From positions 10,801 through 74,800 of IMG/VR virus record IMGVR_UViG_2571042740_000001: 64,000 nucleotides of DNA, one strand, 5' to 3'. Of this stretch, positions 1 to 9,193 are shown one piece after another. Position 1 is the first letter of the stretch; the number at the start of each line of letters is the position of its first letter. The stretch comes from a virus. Its lineage: Duplodnaviria > Caudoviricetes. The notes beneath the pieces were generated by a model. That model worked only from the letters and a program-made list of their open reading frames with translations, was not told where the DNA came from and searched no databases. The translations under genes were made by a program, and so were the position numbers.

Positions 1-59
1 ATTGCCTTTCTTCTGCTTACAACAGTCTCAGCAAGCAGCTTCGAAGATAAGTGCTTCAT
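1..59 (-). CDS. 5' end of a probable host gene (MKHLSSKLLAETVVSRRKA...), resembling an N-terminal XRE-type HTH; runs off the window
   Basis: ATG at 59 with GGAGGT SD just upstream; only 19 codons visible. Confidence 0.45.
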   Translation of the reverse strand, partial: MKHLSSKLLAETVVSRRKA

Positions 60-121
60 AAGTACCTCCTATGCAAAGTGTTACCACTAGCAACACTTGT
101 GATTTCTAATATGATGATATT

Positions 122-150
122 ATTATAGCAGATGTTATGCAAAAAGTCAA
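122..150 (-). promoter_or_regulatory. sigmaA promoter TTGACT-N17-TATAAT for the gene at <1..59, flanked by two inverted 19-bp operator-like sites (78-96, 210-228)
   Basis: Plus-strand attata 122-127 and agtcaa 145-150; gtgttaccactagcaacac versus the reverse complement of gtgttgctatcggtaacac match 17/19. Confidence 0.7.
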
Positions 151-232
151 TGTATACGTTGCCAAATATGAACTCATAAATACAATTCACTTTATACATT
201 GTGACGCCAGTGTTGCTATCGGTAACACAAAA

Positions 233-285
233 TAAAAAAGCCCACTAAGCTGCTACCGGATTCATTCGGTAGTTGCTCAGTGGGC
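233..285 (-). terminator. Intrinsic terminator
   Basis: gcccactaagc...gctcagtgggc long stem next to an A-run (U-tail on the minus strand). Confidence 0.65.
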
Positions 286-305
286 GGAGGTGGTAGATAC
301 GCCTA

Positions 306-640
306 TTAAATAATGATCCATTTTCCATTGCGGGCAGAGCCTTCTCGTTTGATGCGATTATTCTTCTTCAAGTTATCCAATGCTGTTTTTGTCTGTTTGA
401 GAGTAATACTCAGTTTAGAAGCTATTTCCATTTGTGTTATACAGGGATCTGCTTTAATCAACTGAAATACCAGTTCAACCCTTTCAGCTATTTCAGTACC
501 TTTTTTAGTACCTTTTTTAGTACCTTTTCCAAAAAGGGACTGATCTTTCTCAACTAAAGGAAGCGTAACAATCGTCTTATCAGGCTCATTTGTTTCAGTA
601 TTGCCGAAGAACTCCTCAATATTCGGCTCCACACAGAGCA
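306..640 (-). pseudogene. C-terminal winged-HTH remnant resembling the tail of AlbA/HATPase-HTH (RecG-like) regulators; appears 5'-truncated
   Basis: PDKTIVTLPL...ITQMEIASKLSIT...L.KNNRIKREGSARNGKW.I; KGTK x3 linker; no SD-backed start; the ORF-track start at 782 lies inside the recombinase gene. Confidence 0.5.
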
Positions 641-711
641 AACTGGCATTAAAAGTATTATACCACAAACGCCTCTCATTTACAAGGGGCAAAAGCTGTT
701 TTTCGCTTGAT

Positions 712-1902
712 TTATGTTGTTTCGACCGCAATATCCTCTTCGGTGATAACCACACGCTGGATTTGTCCGGCGTTCTCGGCATTCACCTCACACCCGATGC
801 TCTCTTCTATAGTCTGAAGCAGCAGATCCTCCTTGATCGTCCTCAGCTTGCAGCCATTTCCTTTCCGTCCCTCATGGCGTCCTCTGCAGGTCCATACCTT
901 ATGTTTGATTCCTTTCGGGCCGTTCAGTGTACGTCTTGTCATCGGTTCACCGCACTCGCCGCAGAATAGCTTTCCGTACAGGAAGTGCGGTCTGCCGCCA
1001 ATTCTTCCGACCGCAGCCGTAACAGCTTTCTTTTGTCGCATGATCTCCTGCACGGTATCCCATGTTTTCCTGTCCACAATAGCCTCATGATCATTTTCAA
1101 GATAATTGCTCTCATACGGCGCTCTTTCATCCGGCTTCTTCGTCAGGAAATTCTTTGGAGGCTGTTTCTGAAGCAGCTTATCTCCCATATATGTCTCATT
1201 CTGAAGGATATACATGATATTATTATGCGCCAGCGGCTGGCCTTTTTTCGTCCTGATTCCATAATCAGTCAGTAAACGGCGGATCTCCTCAATGCTCTTG
1301 CCTTCAATATACATCTGAAAGATCATGCGGACCGCATCCGCATCCTGATTCGGTACAAGTTTGCCGTCAACACAGTCATATCCAAGGATACGGTTATTCC
1401 CAAGGTTATACTCTCCGCGCTTGAAGCGTTCCCGATATCCCCACCTGACGTTTTCCGAAATAGAGCGGCTCTCGTCCTGCGCGATTGCAGAGAGAAATGA
1501 AAACATCATGGAACAGGAAGGTTCGGCGGTATCCAGATTCTCTTTATCAAAATGTATATCAACGCCGTTACCGTGCAGAAGATTGGCGTATTTCTGGCAA
1601 TCCACGATATTTCGTGAGAATCTGGATATGCTTTTTACAAGGATATAGTCCACTTTGCCGTTCAGCGCATCCTTGATAAGTCTCTGAAATCCCGGGCGAT
1701 TTGAGGCCTTGACACCGCTTTTCTCGTCGCTGTATACTCCTGCAAAGTCCCAGTCGTCATGCGCCTGTATGAGCCTTGTATAATAGGAAAGCTGCGCCTC
1801 GTAGCTTTCTTCCTGCTCGTCAAGAGTTGTAGACACACGGCAGTAGGCCGCTACACGCTTCTTATGCTGATCTCTGATTCTGGGGATTCTTGTAATCTTC
1901 AT
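712..1902 (-). CDS. Large serine recombinase 1 (resolvase + recombinase + zinc ribbon)
   Basis: AAYCRVST catalytic motif, KSISRFSRN, CGECG...WTC...GC. Confidence 0.93.
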   Translation of the reverse strand: MKITRIPRIRDQHKKRVAAYCRVSTTLDEQEESYEAQLSYYTRLIQAHDDWDFAGVYSDEKSGVKASNRPGFQRLIKDALNGKVDYILVKSISRFSRNIVDCQKYANLLHGNGVDIHFDKENLDTAEPSCSMMFSFLSAIAQDESRSISENVRWGYRERFKRGEYNLGNNRILGYDCVDGKLVPNQDADAVRMIFQMYIEGKSIEEIRRLLTDYGIRTKKGQPLAHNNIMYILQNETYMGDKLLQKQPPKNFLTKKPDERAPYESNYLENDHEAIVDRKTWDTVQEIMRQKKAVTAAVGRIGGRPHFLYGKLFCGECGEPMTRRTLNGPKGIKHKVWTCRGRHEGRKGNGCKLRTIKEDLLLQTIEESIGCEVNAENAGQIQRVVITEEDIAVETT

Positions 1903-3407
1903 TTCTTATCCCTGCCTTTCCCTTTACTTGTCTTTTTCTTTTCAGCTTTCCTCTGCTGCTGATTATAATAGCGCTTTGCAATTCTGCCCGGAAGATCCGA
2001 ATCATAAAATACGTCTGAAGGAACCGTTGTCACAAGACCACATTTCCAGAAGACTTTCATGGATCTGTCATCCGGATCAGGTGTTCCTTTCACTTCCAAA
2101 GCAATCAGTTCCTTTGTGGTCCTGATGTGTTTTCCGAACTCAATATGATCAACAAGATCATCCACCCACCAATAATCGACCTTTTTCATTCTGGGATATT
2201 CTCTTTTGTATCTCAGCATAATTTCTGCCTCAGAGCCGAATTTTGGGCTGTCAAGTTTCTTCTCTACAATGCCGGCGTCCAATGTGTGATAAGCATTGAG
2301 CAGCGCTTGATCCACAAAGCTTGCACGGATAATAAACTGCCGACAGGCATGCTCACCGATCTCGCAGCTCCATCCGCTTCCGGGTCTTTGTATCTTGATA
2401 CTCCTCTTAAACAGTCTGGAACCGCAGATCGGACACACGAGTTTGTCGCCGAGCGGGTACTGATTGTTATACTTACCGGGCATATCCGGATGAGGTGTTC
2501 TTCTTAATGCAAAGATCTGCTTACACCGATTGAATTGCTTCCTGCTGATTATGGCTTGATGATGATTTTCAATATAGTAACTGGGCACCTCAGTGGTATC
2601 ATTCTTTATTTGCTTATGTGTAATATGGCTTTCGCAGATGGTCTTTTGCAGGAGAATATCTCCACAGTATCTTTCATTCTGAAGCATTAACCGCACTGTA
2701 CACATGGACCACGTTTCGCAGTTTTCCGGTGTTGGAACATGATTGCTCTGTAAATGCTTCATGATCTTGTCGATGGACTCACCGTGCTCATACAGCGTGA
2801 ATATTTCCTTCACAACCCTGGCCTGTTCCGGCACGATCTGGTATTCTCCGTTTTCATTCTTCTCGTATCCGTACAGTTTGCTCCAACGGGATCTTCCTTC
2901 CTCATAGCGTTTTCTGATACTCCATGTCGTATTCAGCGAAATAGAGCGGCTTTCCTCCTGTGCAAATGCTGCAAGGACGGTCAGAAGCATTTCTGAGAAT
3001 GCAGTTCTTGTGTCGATATGATTGCTTTCAAAGATAAGATGTACTCCGATCTCATTGAGGTGTCTGACAAACGTCAGGCATTCAAGGGTATTTCTGGCAA
3101 AGCGGGAAATACTTTTAGTTACGATAAGATCGATTTTTCCTGCTTCACAATCCCTGATCATTTTCCGGAATTGTTTTCGCTTTGAAGCACTGGTACCTGT
3201 CATGCCTTCATCTGCATAGATTCCTGCCAGCTTCCAGCCCGGTCTGCTTTCTATCATATCAGTGTAGGATCTGACCTGATTCTCGAAGCTGGTTCTCTGC
3301 TCATCATTGTCAGTAGACACACGGCAGTATGCTGCAACTCTCAGTTCTTTCGCAGAATCCGGCTCTTCAGGACTCTGCGGCTCAAGAATGATCTTCTCAA
3401 TATTCAT
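1899..3407 (-). CDS. Large serine recombinase 2
   Basis: AAYCRVST, KSISRFARN, CPICG zinc ribbon; start MNIEK chosen from SD. Confidence 0.93.
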   Translation of the reverse strand: MNIEKIILEPQSPEEPDSAKELRVAAYCRVSTDNDEQRTSFENQVRSYTDMIESRPGWKLAGIYADEGMTGTSASKRKQFRKMIRDCEAGKIDLIVTKSISRFARNTLECLTFVRHLNEIGVHLIFESNHIDTRTAFSEMLLTVLAAFAQEESRSISLNTTWSIRKRYEEGRSRWSKLYGYEKNENGEYQIVPEQARVVKEIFTLYEHGESIDKIMKHLQSNHVPTPENCETWSMCTVRLMLQNERYCGDILLQKTICESHITHKQIKNDTTEVPSYYIENHHQAIISRKQFNRCKQIFALRRTPHPDMPGKYNNQYPLGDKLVCPICGSRLFKRSIKIQRPGSGWSCEIGEHACRQFIIRASFVDQALLNAYHTLDAGIVEKKLDSPKFGSEAEIMLRYKREYPRMKKVDYWWVDDLVDHIEFGKHIRTTKELIALEVKGTPDPDDRSMKVFWKCGLVTTVPSDVFYDSDLPGRIAKRYYNQQQRKAEKKKTSKGKGRDKK

Positions 3408-3461
3408 AATTTGCCCCTTTCTGAATGGGATCAACTGAGTATTATCCCTCAGCGTTATCCT

Positions 3462-3490
3462 ATTATTGCGTAAAACAGCCGATATATCAA
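3462..3490 (-). promoter_or_regulatory. Putative promoter for recombinase pair 2-1 (TTGATA-N17-AATAAT)
   Basis: Same register and same GCTGTTTTAYGC spacer motif as the promoter at 6062-6090. Confidence 0.55.
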
Positions 3491-3595
3491 GTCATTTCGC
3501 AATCATAAATCGGAGAATAATCCCGATGTTTCAGCAGGATAACTGGTCAATATACAGAAAAAAGCGGCCTCCTGTAATCAGAAAGCCGCATAGTA

Positions 3596-5071
3596 TTATT
3601 TATTATTCCGCACTTCTTCAACAAGCTTCGGAAACTGTGAAGGGTACCTCAGAAGATAGGCATCCCATAATTCTGCCTTGTGCCTTGGATCCTGTGAGTC
3701 CCGCAGCACACCGGAAGATAATGTTGTCACACTGCCGCATTTCCAGTGAATGCTAATCGTTCTGTCATCAATACCGCCTTTTTTCAGTTCAGAAGCCGTG
3801 TGGCTGTGCAAGCCAAAATCGATCCTTTCAACCAGATCATCCAGCCACCAGTAATCAATTTTACTGAATGATGGATGTTTTTCTTTTACCTGCAGGAGCA
3901 GTTCTGCATTTTCTGCTCTATCAGCATTTTTGCTATTTACGATACGCTTCACTTCTTCTAAATCAAGCATTTCATAGGCTTTAAGAATTGCTTTTTCTAC
4001 TTCCTGAGACTGTATTACGAATTCTCTGCATGCTCCTTCGCCCTCACAGCAGAAATGAGTATAACAGTTCTGGATCAACAGTTTTCTGTGGCGGAGAACA
4101 TGTCCACAATAGGGGCAGCGGATGAATTCTGCAAATGGATACTGCAGCGGCGTTGTTGATTTCTTCAGTTCAAGGATCACATTGCACCGTTCAAACTGTT
4201 TCCTTGATATAATGGGCTCATGGTGATTTTTTATATATACACTTGGCAGTGCTCCGTTATTCCGGCGTGAACGATGAGTGATATAATCCTTTACATAGTA
4301 TTTCTGAGCTATGATATCACCAACATATTTCTCATTGGCTATCATGTAGTGGATCCTTGAATCGTCCCAAACCTTATCTTTTCCATCCGGTCTCGTATAT
4401 CCTTTCTCATACAGTATCCTTGTTATCTCAGGAACAGATGTCCCGTGTTCATATAAATCAAAAATCAGTCTGACGGCCTCTGCCTCTCTTGGAACGATTT
4501 CTATATTATCGTTTGCTTCATTCTTTCGGTAACCGTAGCACCTTATCAAAAGCGGTTCACCGTTCTGAAGCCGTTTCCGTTTTCCCCATCTTACATTCTC
4601 CGAATGTGAATGGCTCTCTTCCTGGGCGAACGCCGCAAATACAGAAAGCAGTATTTCGGATGAGATCATATCTGTATCGATTCCTTCTTTTTCAAGTATT
4701 AATCGGACTCCAAGATCTCTGAGCTTTTTGATACAATTCAGTGCATCAAGCGTATTACGCGCAAATCGGGACAGTGATTTACAGATCACGCAATCTATAA
4801 GGCCTTTTTCACAGTCTTCAAGCATTCTGAGGAACTCTTTACGTCTCGCCATCATTGTCGCAGAAGTACCTCTGTCGGCGTAGATCCCTGCAAACTCCCA
4901 GTCGGGCTCCGAAGAAATCTTTTCTGTATATACCGCAACCTGTGTTTCGTAACTGGTAAGCTGCTCTTCAGACTTTGAGGAAACACGACAATAAGCACAT
5001 ACACGCAGCTTCGGCTTTGTGGTCCCGGAAATATCCTGATTGAGTATTCGCTTTATCTTTGTGCTTCCCAC
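3596..5071 (-). CDS. Large serine recombinase 3 (paralogue of recombinase 2)
   Basis: CAYCRVSS, KSLSRFARN, CPYCG; C-terminal YWWLDDLVERIDFG/WKCG shared with recombinase 2. Confidence 0.93.
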   Translation of the reverse strand: MGSTKIKRILNQDISGTTKPKLRVCAYCRVSSKSEEQLTSYETQVAVYTEKISSEPDWEFAGIYADRGTSATMMARRKEFLRMLEDCEKGLIDCVICKSLSRFARNTLDALNCIKKLRDLGVRLILEKEGIDTDMISSEILLSVFAAFAQEESHSHSENVRWGKRKRLQNGEPLLIRCYGYRKNEANDNIEIVPREAEAVRLIFDLYEHGTSVPEITRILYEKGYTRPDGKDKVWDDSRIHYMIANEKYVGDIIAQKYYVKDYITHRSRRNNGALPSVYIKNHHEPIISRKQFERCNVILELKKSTTPLQYPFAEFIRCPYCGHVLRHRKLLIQNCYTHFCCEGEGACREFVIQSQEVEKAILKAYEMLDLEEVKRIVNSKNADRAENAELLLQVKEKHPSFSKIDYWWLDDLVERIDFGLHSHTASELKKGGIDDRTISIHWKCGSVTTLSSGVLRDSQDPRHKAELWDAYLLRYPSQFPKLVEEVRNNK

Positions 5072-6021
5072 AATTTTACCTCCTTTTCCGCGATCTTTTG
5101 GCTTTTTTCCATCAGATATTTTTCTTCAGCAGAGAATACTGATCTTCCGCCTCCGATTGTCCCGTGTTTTATCAATTCCTGAACAATGTCGAATAACTCG
5201 TGGCTTACGATGGCCGGATGATGCCCTTCAATAAGGATCTGATCTACAAAACCTTTATTTTTGACTCTTTTTTCCTTTCCGTTACTATCAATGATCGTAC
5301 ATTCTTTGTTGGATAGGAAATCACCCACATAGTTCTCACTGCGCAGAAGCAATGCCACAGTAGGATTTGTCCATACTTTTTCGCTTCCTTCTTCTCTTTC
5401 CATACGATTCATTTCATCTCTGATTTCAGAGTATGTGTGGCACATAGCCGCCATATAGAAGGCCATTCTGACAACTTCTGCCTGATTCGGAACGATCACC
5501 CATCCATGATTTTTTCCGTCAGATGTGTAGCCATATCTTGGAGGAGACCATGTTTCTCCTCGTTCAAGGTGTTTCATTCTGCTCCATGCCTGATTCTGCG
5601 ATAAAGAAATGCTCTCTTCCTGCGCGATCGTTGCAAGTATACCGAGTATCAATTCTCCTGTCATGGTATCAGTATCAAGGTTTTCTTTCTCAAATAATAC
5701 ACGCACCCCAAGTTCCTTGAGATGTCTGACCGTTTCAACACAGTCTGCCATGTTTCTTGCAAATCGTGATATACTTTTCGTCAGGATAAGATCGATCTTG
5801 CCGTCTTCACAATCCTTAATCATACGATTCAGTTCTTCACGGTTGTACATCTTTCTGCCGCTTTTTCCGTGATCACCGTACACTCCGACAAACTCCATTT
5901 CCGGATCTGAGTTTATCAGTCTTTCGTAATACTCGCATTGTACTTCAAATGAGCCGTCCTGAGTATCACTTGCTGTGCTTACGCGGCAGTATGCACACGC
6001 TCGTATTTTCTTGTTTTCCAT
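5053..6021 (-). CDS. Serine recombinase 4 (resolvase + recombinase domains, no zinc ribbon)
   Basis: CAYCRVST, KSISRFARN, HHPAIVS; 322 aa. Confidence 0.92.
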   Translation of the reverse strand: MENKKIRACAYCRVSTASDTQDGSFEVQCEYYERLINSDPEMEFVGVYGDHGKSGRKMYNREELNRMIKDCEDGKIDLILTKSISRFARNMADCVETVRHLKELGVRVLFEKENLDTDTMTGELILGILATIAQEESISLSQNQAWSRMKHLERGETWSPPRYGYTSDGKNHGWVIVPNQAEVVRMAFYMAAMCHTYSEIRDEMNRMEREEGSEKVWTNPTVALLLRSENYVGDFLSNKECTIIDSNGKEKRVKNKGFVDQILIEGHHPAIVSHELFDIVQELIKHGTIGGGRSVFSAEEKYLMEKSQKIAEKEVKLWEAQR

Positions 6022-6061
6022 AAATACCTCCTATCTGACCACCGTCTTCTGCGGTCATCAT

Positions 6062-6090
6062 ATATTGGCATAAAACAGCATACATAGCAA
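6062..6090 (-). promoter_or_regulatory. Putative promoter for recombinase pair 4-3 (TTGCTA-N17-CAATAT)
   Basis: Plus-strand atattg 6062-6067 and tagcaa 6085-6090, upstream of a GGAGGT SD. Confidence 0.55.
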
Positions 6091-6174
6091 GTCTTTTCAG
6101 CAATTATTTTAAGACCACAGGGGGGTATTTATTTCTTATGTAAACAGAGGGATGTTTCCCTCCGTTCAGAGTGA

Positions 6175-7362
6175 TCACTCCTTGACAAAAGTACCCTTGT
6201 AGGTGTCGTTGCCAATCTTGATAGTTGCTGTTACAGTACTTTCGGTCTTGGGCGCATCAGCAACCTGCACAGGTACAGGAGCATTTCCCCAGCCGTTCAG
6301 CCCTTTGCTCTTGATAGTAGTCGGGAAATCCTTGTAGCAGATATCCAGATCCACATTACCGTTGATGCCAGCGACCTTGCCTTTCTCAGAATGCTGCCAG
6401 ATGCCGTAAGCACCGCTGTAATTGGTCTGATCGACCCAGTGCGCCAGCCAGATCGTGTACCAGGACTTGATATCATCAGCGGTATGCGTTGTGAGAGACG
6501 AAGCAGAGCCGTACAGACCAACAAAATAACCGGCGCTCTCAACCTTTTTGAGGAATGCTCGCATGATATCAGAGACCTGTTTCTTGCCGAGGTCGAACTG
6601 CTTCTTTTCCTCAAGATCGAAATAGACGGGCATCTCGAACTGTTTTCCCTTGATAACGGACAGGAAAACATCCGCTTCCTGTTCTGCTTCCTCCGGGGTC
6701 ATGGCATAGGAATACCAGTACGCACCGATAGGAAGACCGACAGCCTTTGCGCCGGCGTAATTCTGCTCAAACTTCTCGTCCTTCTGCGATGCCAGTCTGC
6801 CGTAGCCTGCACGCAGGATAGCGAAATCAATACCGTCAGCCTTGACCTTACCCCAGTCGATATTTCCGTTGTGAACGCTCACATCAATGCCCTTCATGTC
6901 CTCACCTCCGAAATACTTGTAGAAATCATCAGTGACCGTGCTGTTGCCGTGGACTTCATCGCCGTACCACTTGCCGTTGGGACGCACATCAACGTGAGTG
7001 TACTGGTAAGCGGCGGTGATATTTGCAATGCCCCTGAAACCGATATCCTGCGCCTTGCAACAGACCACCTTGGAGGAAATCGGCTGCCCGTCCTGCCCGT
7101 AACAGCAGATGTCAGCGGCATTGCCGAGTGTATGCTGTCCGGTTCCGCTGCCCTTTACTGCCTTATCGTGCGCAGGACAGCGGAAGCCGGAAGTCACAAT
7201 TATCTTAGAGCAGTTGAGGGCTGCATACAGCTGTTCCAGCTTCTGCACCAGTTCATCGAAGACACTGAACTCGTGCTCATTTCCGCACTTGCAGCGGAAC
7301 TCTTTTGCATTGAAATGCGGGGAAAGCTGTGTGGTATCATTGAATTCATATTTCTGGATCAT
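6175..7362 (-). CDS. Endolysin: peptidase M15 domain + GH25 muramidase
   Basis: HFNAKEFRCKCG, SGFRCPAH, HTLGNAADI, THVDVR; then KGIDVSVHNG, YFDLEE, WQHSEKG. Confidence 0.9.
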   Translation of the reverse strand: MIQKYEFNDTTQLSPHFNAKEFRCKCGNEHEFSVFDELVQKLEQLYAALNCSKIIVTSGFRCPAHDKAVKGSGTGQHTLGNAADICCYGQDGQPISSKVVCCKAQDIGFRGIANITAAYQYTHVDVRPNGKWYGDEVHGNSTVTDDFYKYFGGEDMKGIDVSVHNGNIDWGKVKADGIDFAILRAGYGRLASQKDEKFEQNYAGAKAVGLPIGAYWYSYAMTPEEAEQEADVFLSVIKGKQFEMPVYFDLEEKKQFDLGKKQVSDIMRAFLKKVESAGYFVGLYGSASSLTTHTADDIKSWYTIWLAHWVDQTNYSGAYGIWQHSEKGKVAGINGNVDLDICYKDFPTTIKSKGLNGWGNAPVPVQVADAPKTESTVTATIKIGNDTYKGTFVKE

Positions 7363-7399
7363 AATTCTTTCCTTTCCGCGAAAAATCGCTTGTTTTAGC

Positions 7400-7429
7400 T
7401 TGACTAAAACGGTATACTAATGCTATAAT
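7400..7429 (+). promoter_or_regulatory. sigmaA promoter for the plus-strand moron pair
   Basis: TTGACT-N18-TATAAT with TG extended -10. Confidence 0.65.
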
Positions 7430-7436
7430 AAGAAAA

Positions 7437-8078
7437 ATGAGTCTCTTTTCAGAATTGTGTTGCTGTGATAAATCAGAATGCGAGGTGATTGCTGTGTCCT
7501 ATTATGATGAAGACTTTAAGTTGGCCGAAGTCATATCCTTCCTGAAAAACAGAGACTATTCCTCCTTCGACTTCCGCCGCGAATACACCGCCAATGATGC
7601 CTTGATTTCTATAAAAGACACAGACGCGCTCCTTACCATCTGCAATGTTCCGGACAATATGATTCCGGAGCAAACAGTCATACAGGTGATAGATGTGCTG
7701 GAACATCTGGATGAATGCATCGAACAGGCGTCTGACTGGCTCACATCCCATGAATTCGAACTCGGATTGCAGCACATCAAAAATGACTGGAAACCCGGGG
7801 AAGCATGGGTCAGAAGGGTCAAAGCGTTTTGCGAAGAAAAAGAAAGCATACGTGACAGAATGAAAAAAAGATATACGGTATCCGAGATCTGTTTCAGATG
7901 GGATGATGACTTCTGGCCGCCTTCTGTTATTAATGAATACTGGCGGGGTCCTGAACCTCCAAAGGGTGCCGATGTTTTTTTCATAGATTTCTGCCACAGA
8001 GACTGTGATTCGGGCTTCCGCTTCATGTTCCTTTGCGAGGATCGGAGACTGTATAAGTTCATAATCCATATCCTATGA
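7437..8078 (+). CDS. Hypothetical moron protein (true start may be ~7495)
   Basis: 213-aa ORF with its own promoter, antisense to the late genes; GAGGTG SD at ~7482. Confidence 0.65.
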   Translation: MSLFSELCCCDKSECEVIAVSYYDEDFKLAEVISFLKNRDYSSFDFRREYTANDALISIKDTDALLTICNVPDNMIPEQTVIQVIDVLEHLDECIEQASDWLTSHEFELGLQHIKNDWKPGEAWVRRVKAFCEEKESIRDRMKKRYTVSEICFRWDDDFWPPSVINEYWRGPEPPKGADVFFIDFCHRDCDSGFRFMFLCEDRRLYKFIIHIL

Positions 8079-8138
8079 TTGACCGCAGGAACACTTTTCT
8101 TAAAATGGCGAAAAATAAAACACGGAGGTGCATGAACA

Positions 8139-8678
8139 ATGCCAAGAAATACTGCAAGCCTGAAAACCGATACTGCAAAGAAAACAACACGCAAGAAAAA
8201 AGCCGCTGTTGAAGCAGTCGCTGAGACCACTCCGATTACAGTAGCCGAAGTTGTAGAATCTGTTGCAGAAACAACAGCCGTTGATGCATCTGCTGTCAAA
8301 ACCCCTGCCAAGAAGCGCGGCAGAAAGCCTTCGGTAAAGAAAGCCGAAGCTGTTGTTGAAACTGCTCCGGTCATCGCAGAACCGATTGCTGAGACTGTCA
8401 CCGAAGCCCCTGTCGCTGAAACACCCGAAAAGAAAACACACAAGCCCAGAGCGAAGAAGGCTGACAAGAAAGCAGAGCCTGTTCTTATCACCACGCTTCA
8501 GCTTGGGAATGCGGAGTTTGACATCAGCGATATCGCAGCAAAGGCATACAAGGCATACAAGTCCACGCATAAGCGTAAGGCTGTAACAGAATTCCGTGTT
8601 TATGTCAAGCCCGAAGAGGGAGTGGCATACTTCACTGTCAACGGTGAAGGTTCACCTGATTTCAAGATCAATCTATAA
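8139..8678 (+). CDS. Lys/Ala/Glu-rich histone-like protein with DUF6465-like C-terminal domain
   Basis: GGAGGTG SD; KKTTRKKK, KKRGRKP; C-terminal VYVKPEEGVAYFTVNG. Confidence 0.75.
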   Translation: MPRNTASLKTDTAKKTTRKKKAAVEAVAETTPITVAEVVESVAETTAVDASAVKTPAKKRGRKPSVKKAEAVVETAPVIAEPIAETVTEAPVAETPEKKTHKPRAKKADKKAEPVLITTLQLGNAEFDISDIAAKAYKAYKSTHKRKAVTEFRVYVKPEEGVAYFTVNGEGSPDFKINL

Positions 8679-8696
8679 TACACCATCTCCTTTATA

Positions 8697-8720
8697 ATGC
8701 AGTCGAGCGATCGGCTGCAT
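8697..8720. terminator. Hairpin between the convergent moron and holin genes
   Basis: atgcagtcga-gcga-tcggctgcat. Confidence 0.5.
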
Positions 8721-9181
8721 TACTTTTTTCCGTCTTCAAGATCATCGATCATTTCCTGAATATCATCGTCAATGTGCTGCGCTCTCTTTTGAAGCACCTC
8801 GATAGCTTTCTTAATAGCAGGCGGATACGGGATTCCCATGAGACTGGTGTTTTCAATAATAGAAAGCAGTTCATTGACACAGAAGCCAATGCAGGTCGCA
8901 TCTCGGATATATGTGGTACCGATCATGATATCCATACGGACAGCCACAACCACCATGAGCAGAATGCAGAACTTCTTCGCAAGCCCGACCCAGCCTGCTT
9001 TGGAACTCAGTCTGCCGGTCTTGCTGTGCTTGCTTCTGCCCATAGATGCGGTAATCAGTCCGGTTGTGAAGTCGATTGCCATGAAAATGAGGATTGTTGC
9101 CAATGCTGAATCCCACCCTCCGAGCAGCGCCGCAAAAAAGCCGCCGATGACCCCGGCGGCAGTACAGATATTTTCTTTCAT
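8720..9181 (-). CDS. Phage holin (toxin secretion/phage lysis holin family)
   Basis: GGWD, DFTTG, GLAKK, NELLSIIEN, hydrophobic helices. Confidence 0.9.
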   Translation of the reverse strand: MKENICTAAGVIGGFFAALLGGWDSALATILIFMAIDFTTGLITASMGRSKHSKTGRLSSKAGWVGLAKKFCILLMVVVAVRMDIMIGTTYIRDATCIGFCVNELLSIIENTSLMGIPYPPAIKKAIEVLQKRAQHIDDDIQEMIDDLEDGKK

Positions 9182-9193
9182 TCAATCATCCTT

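Noticed and set aside
496-528. 12-bp tandem repeat (gtacctttttta) as an att site or iteron
   Set aside because: Encodes the KGTK linker typical of this winged-HTH tail.
230-712. attL position
   Set aside because: Serine recombinase sites share only a very short core; no matching sequence could be found at the right end, so no att is called.
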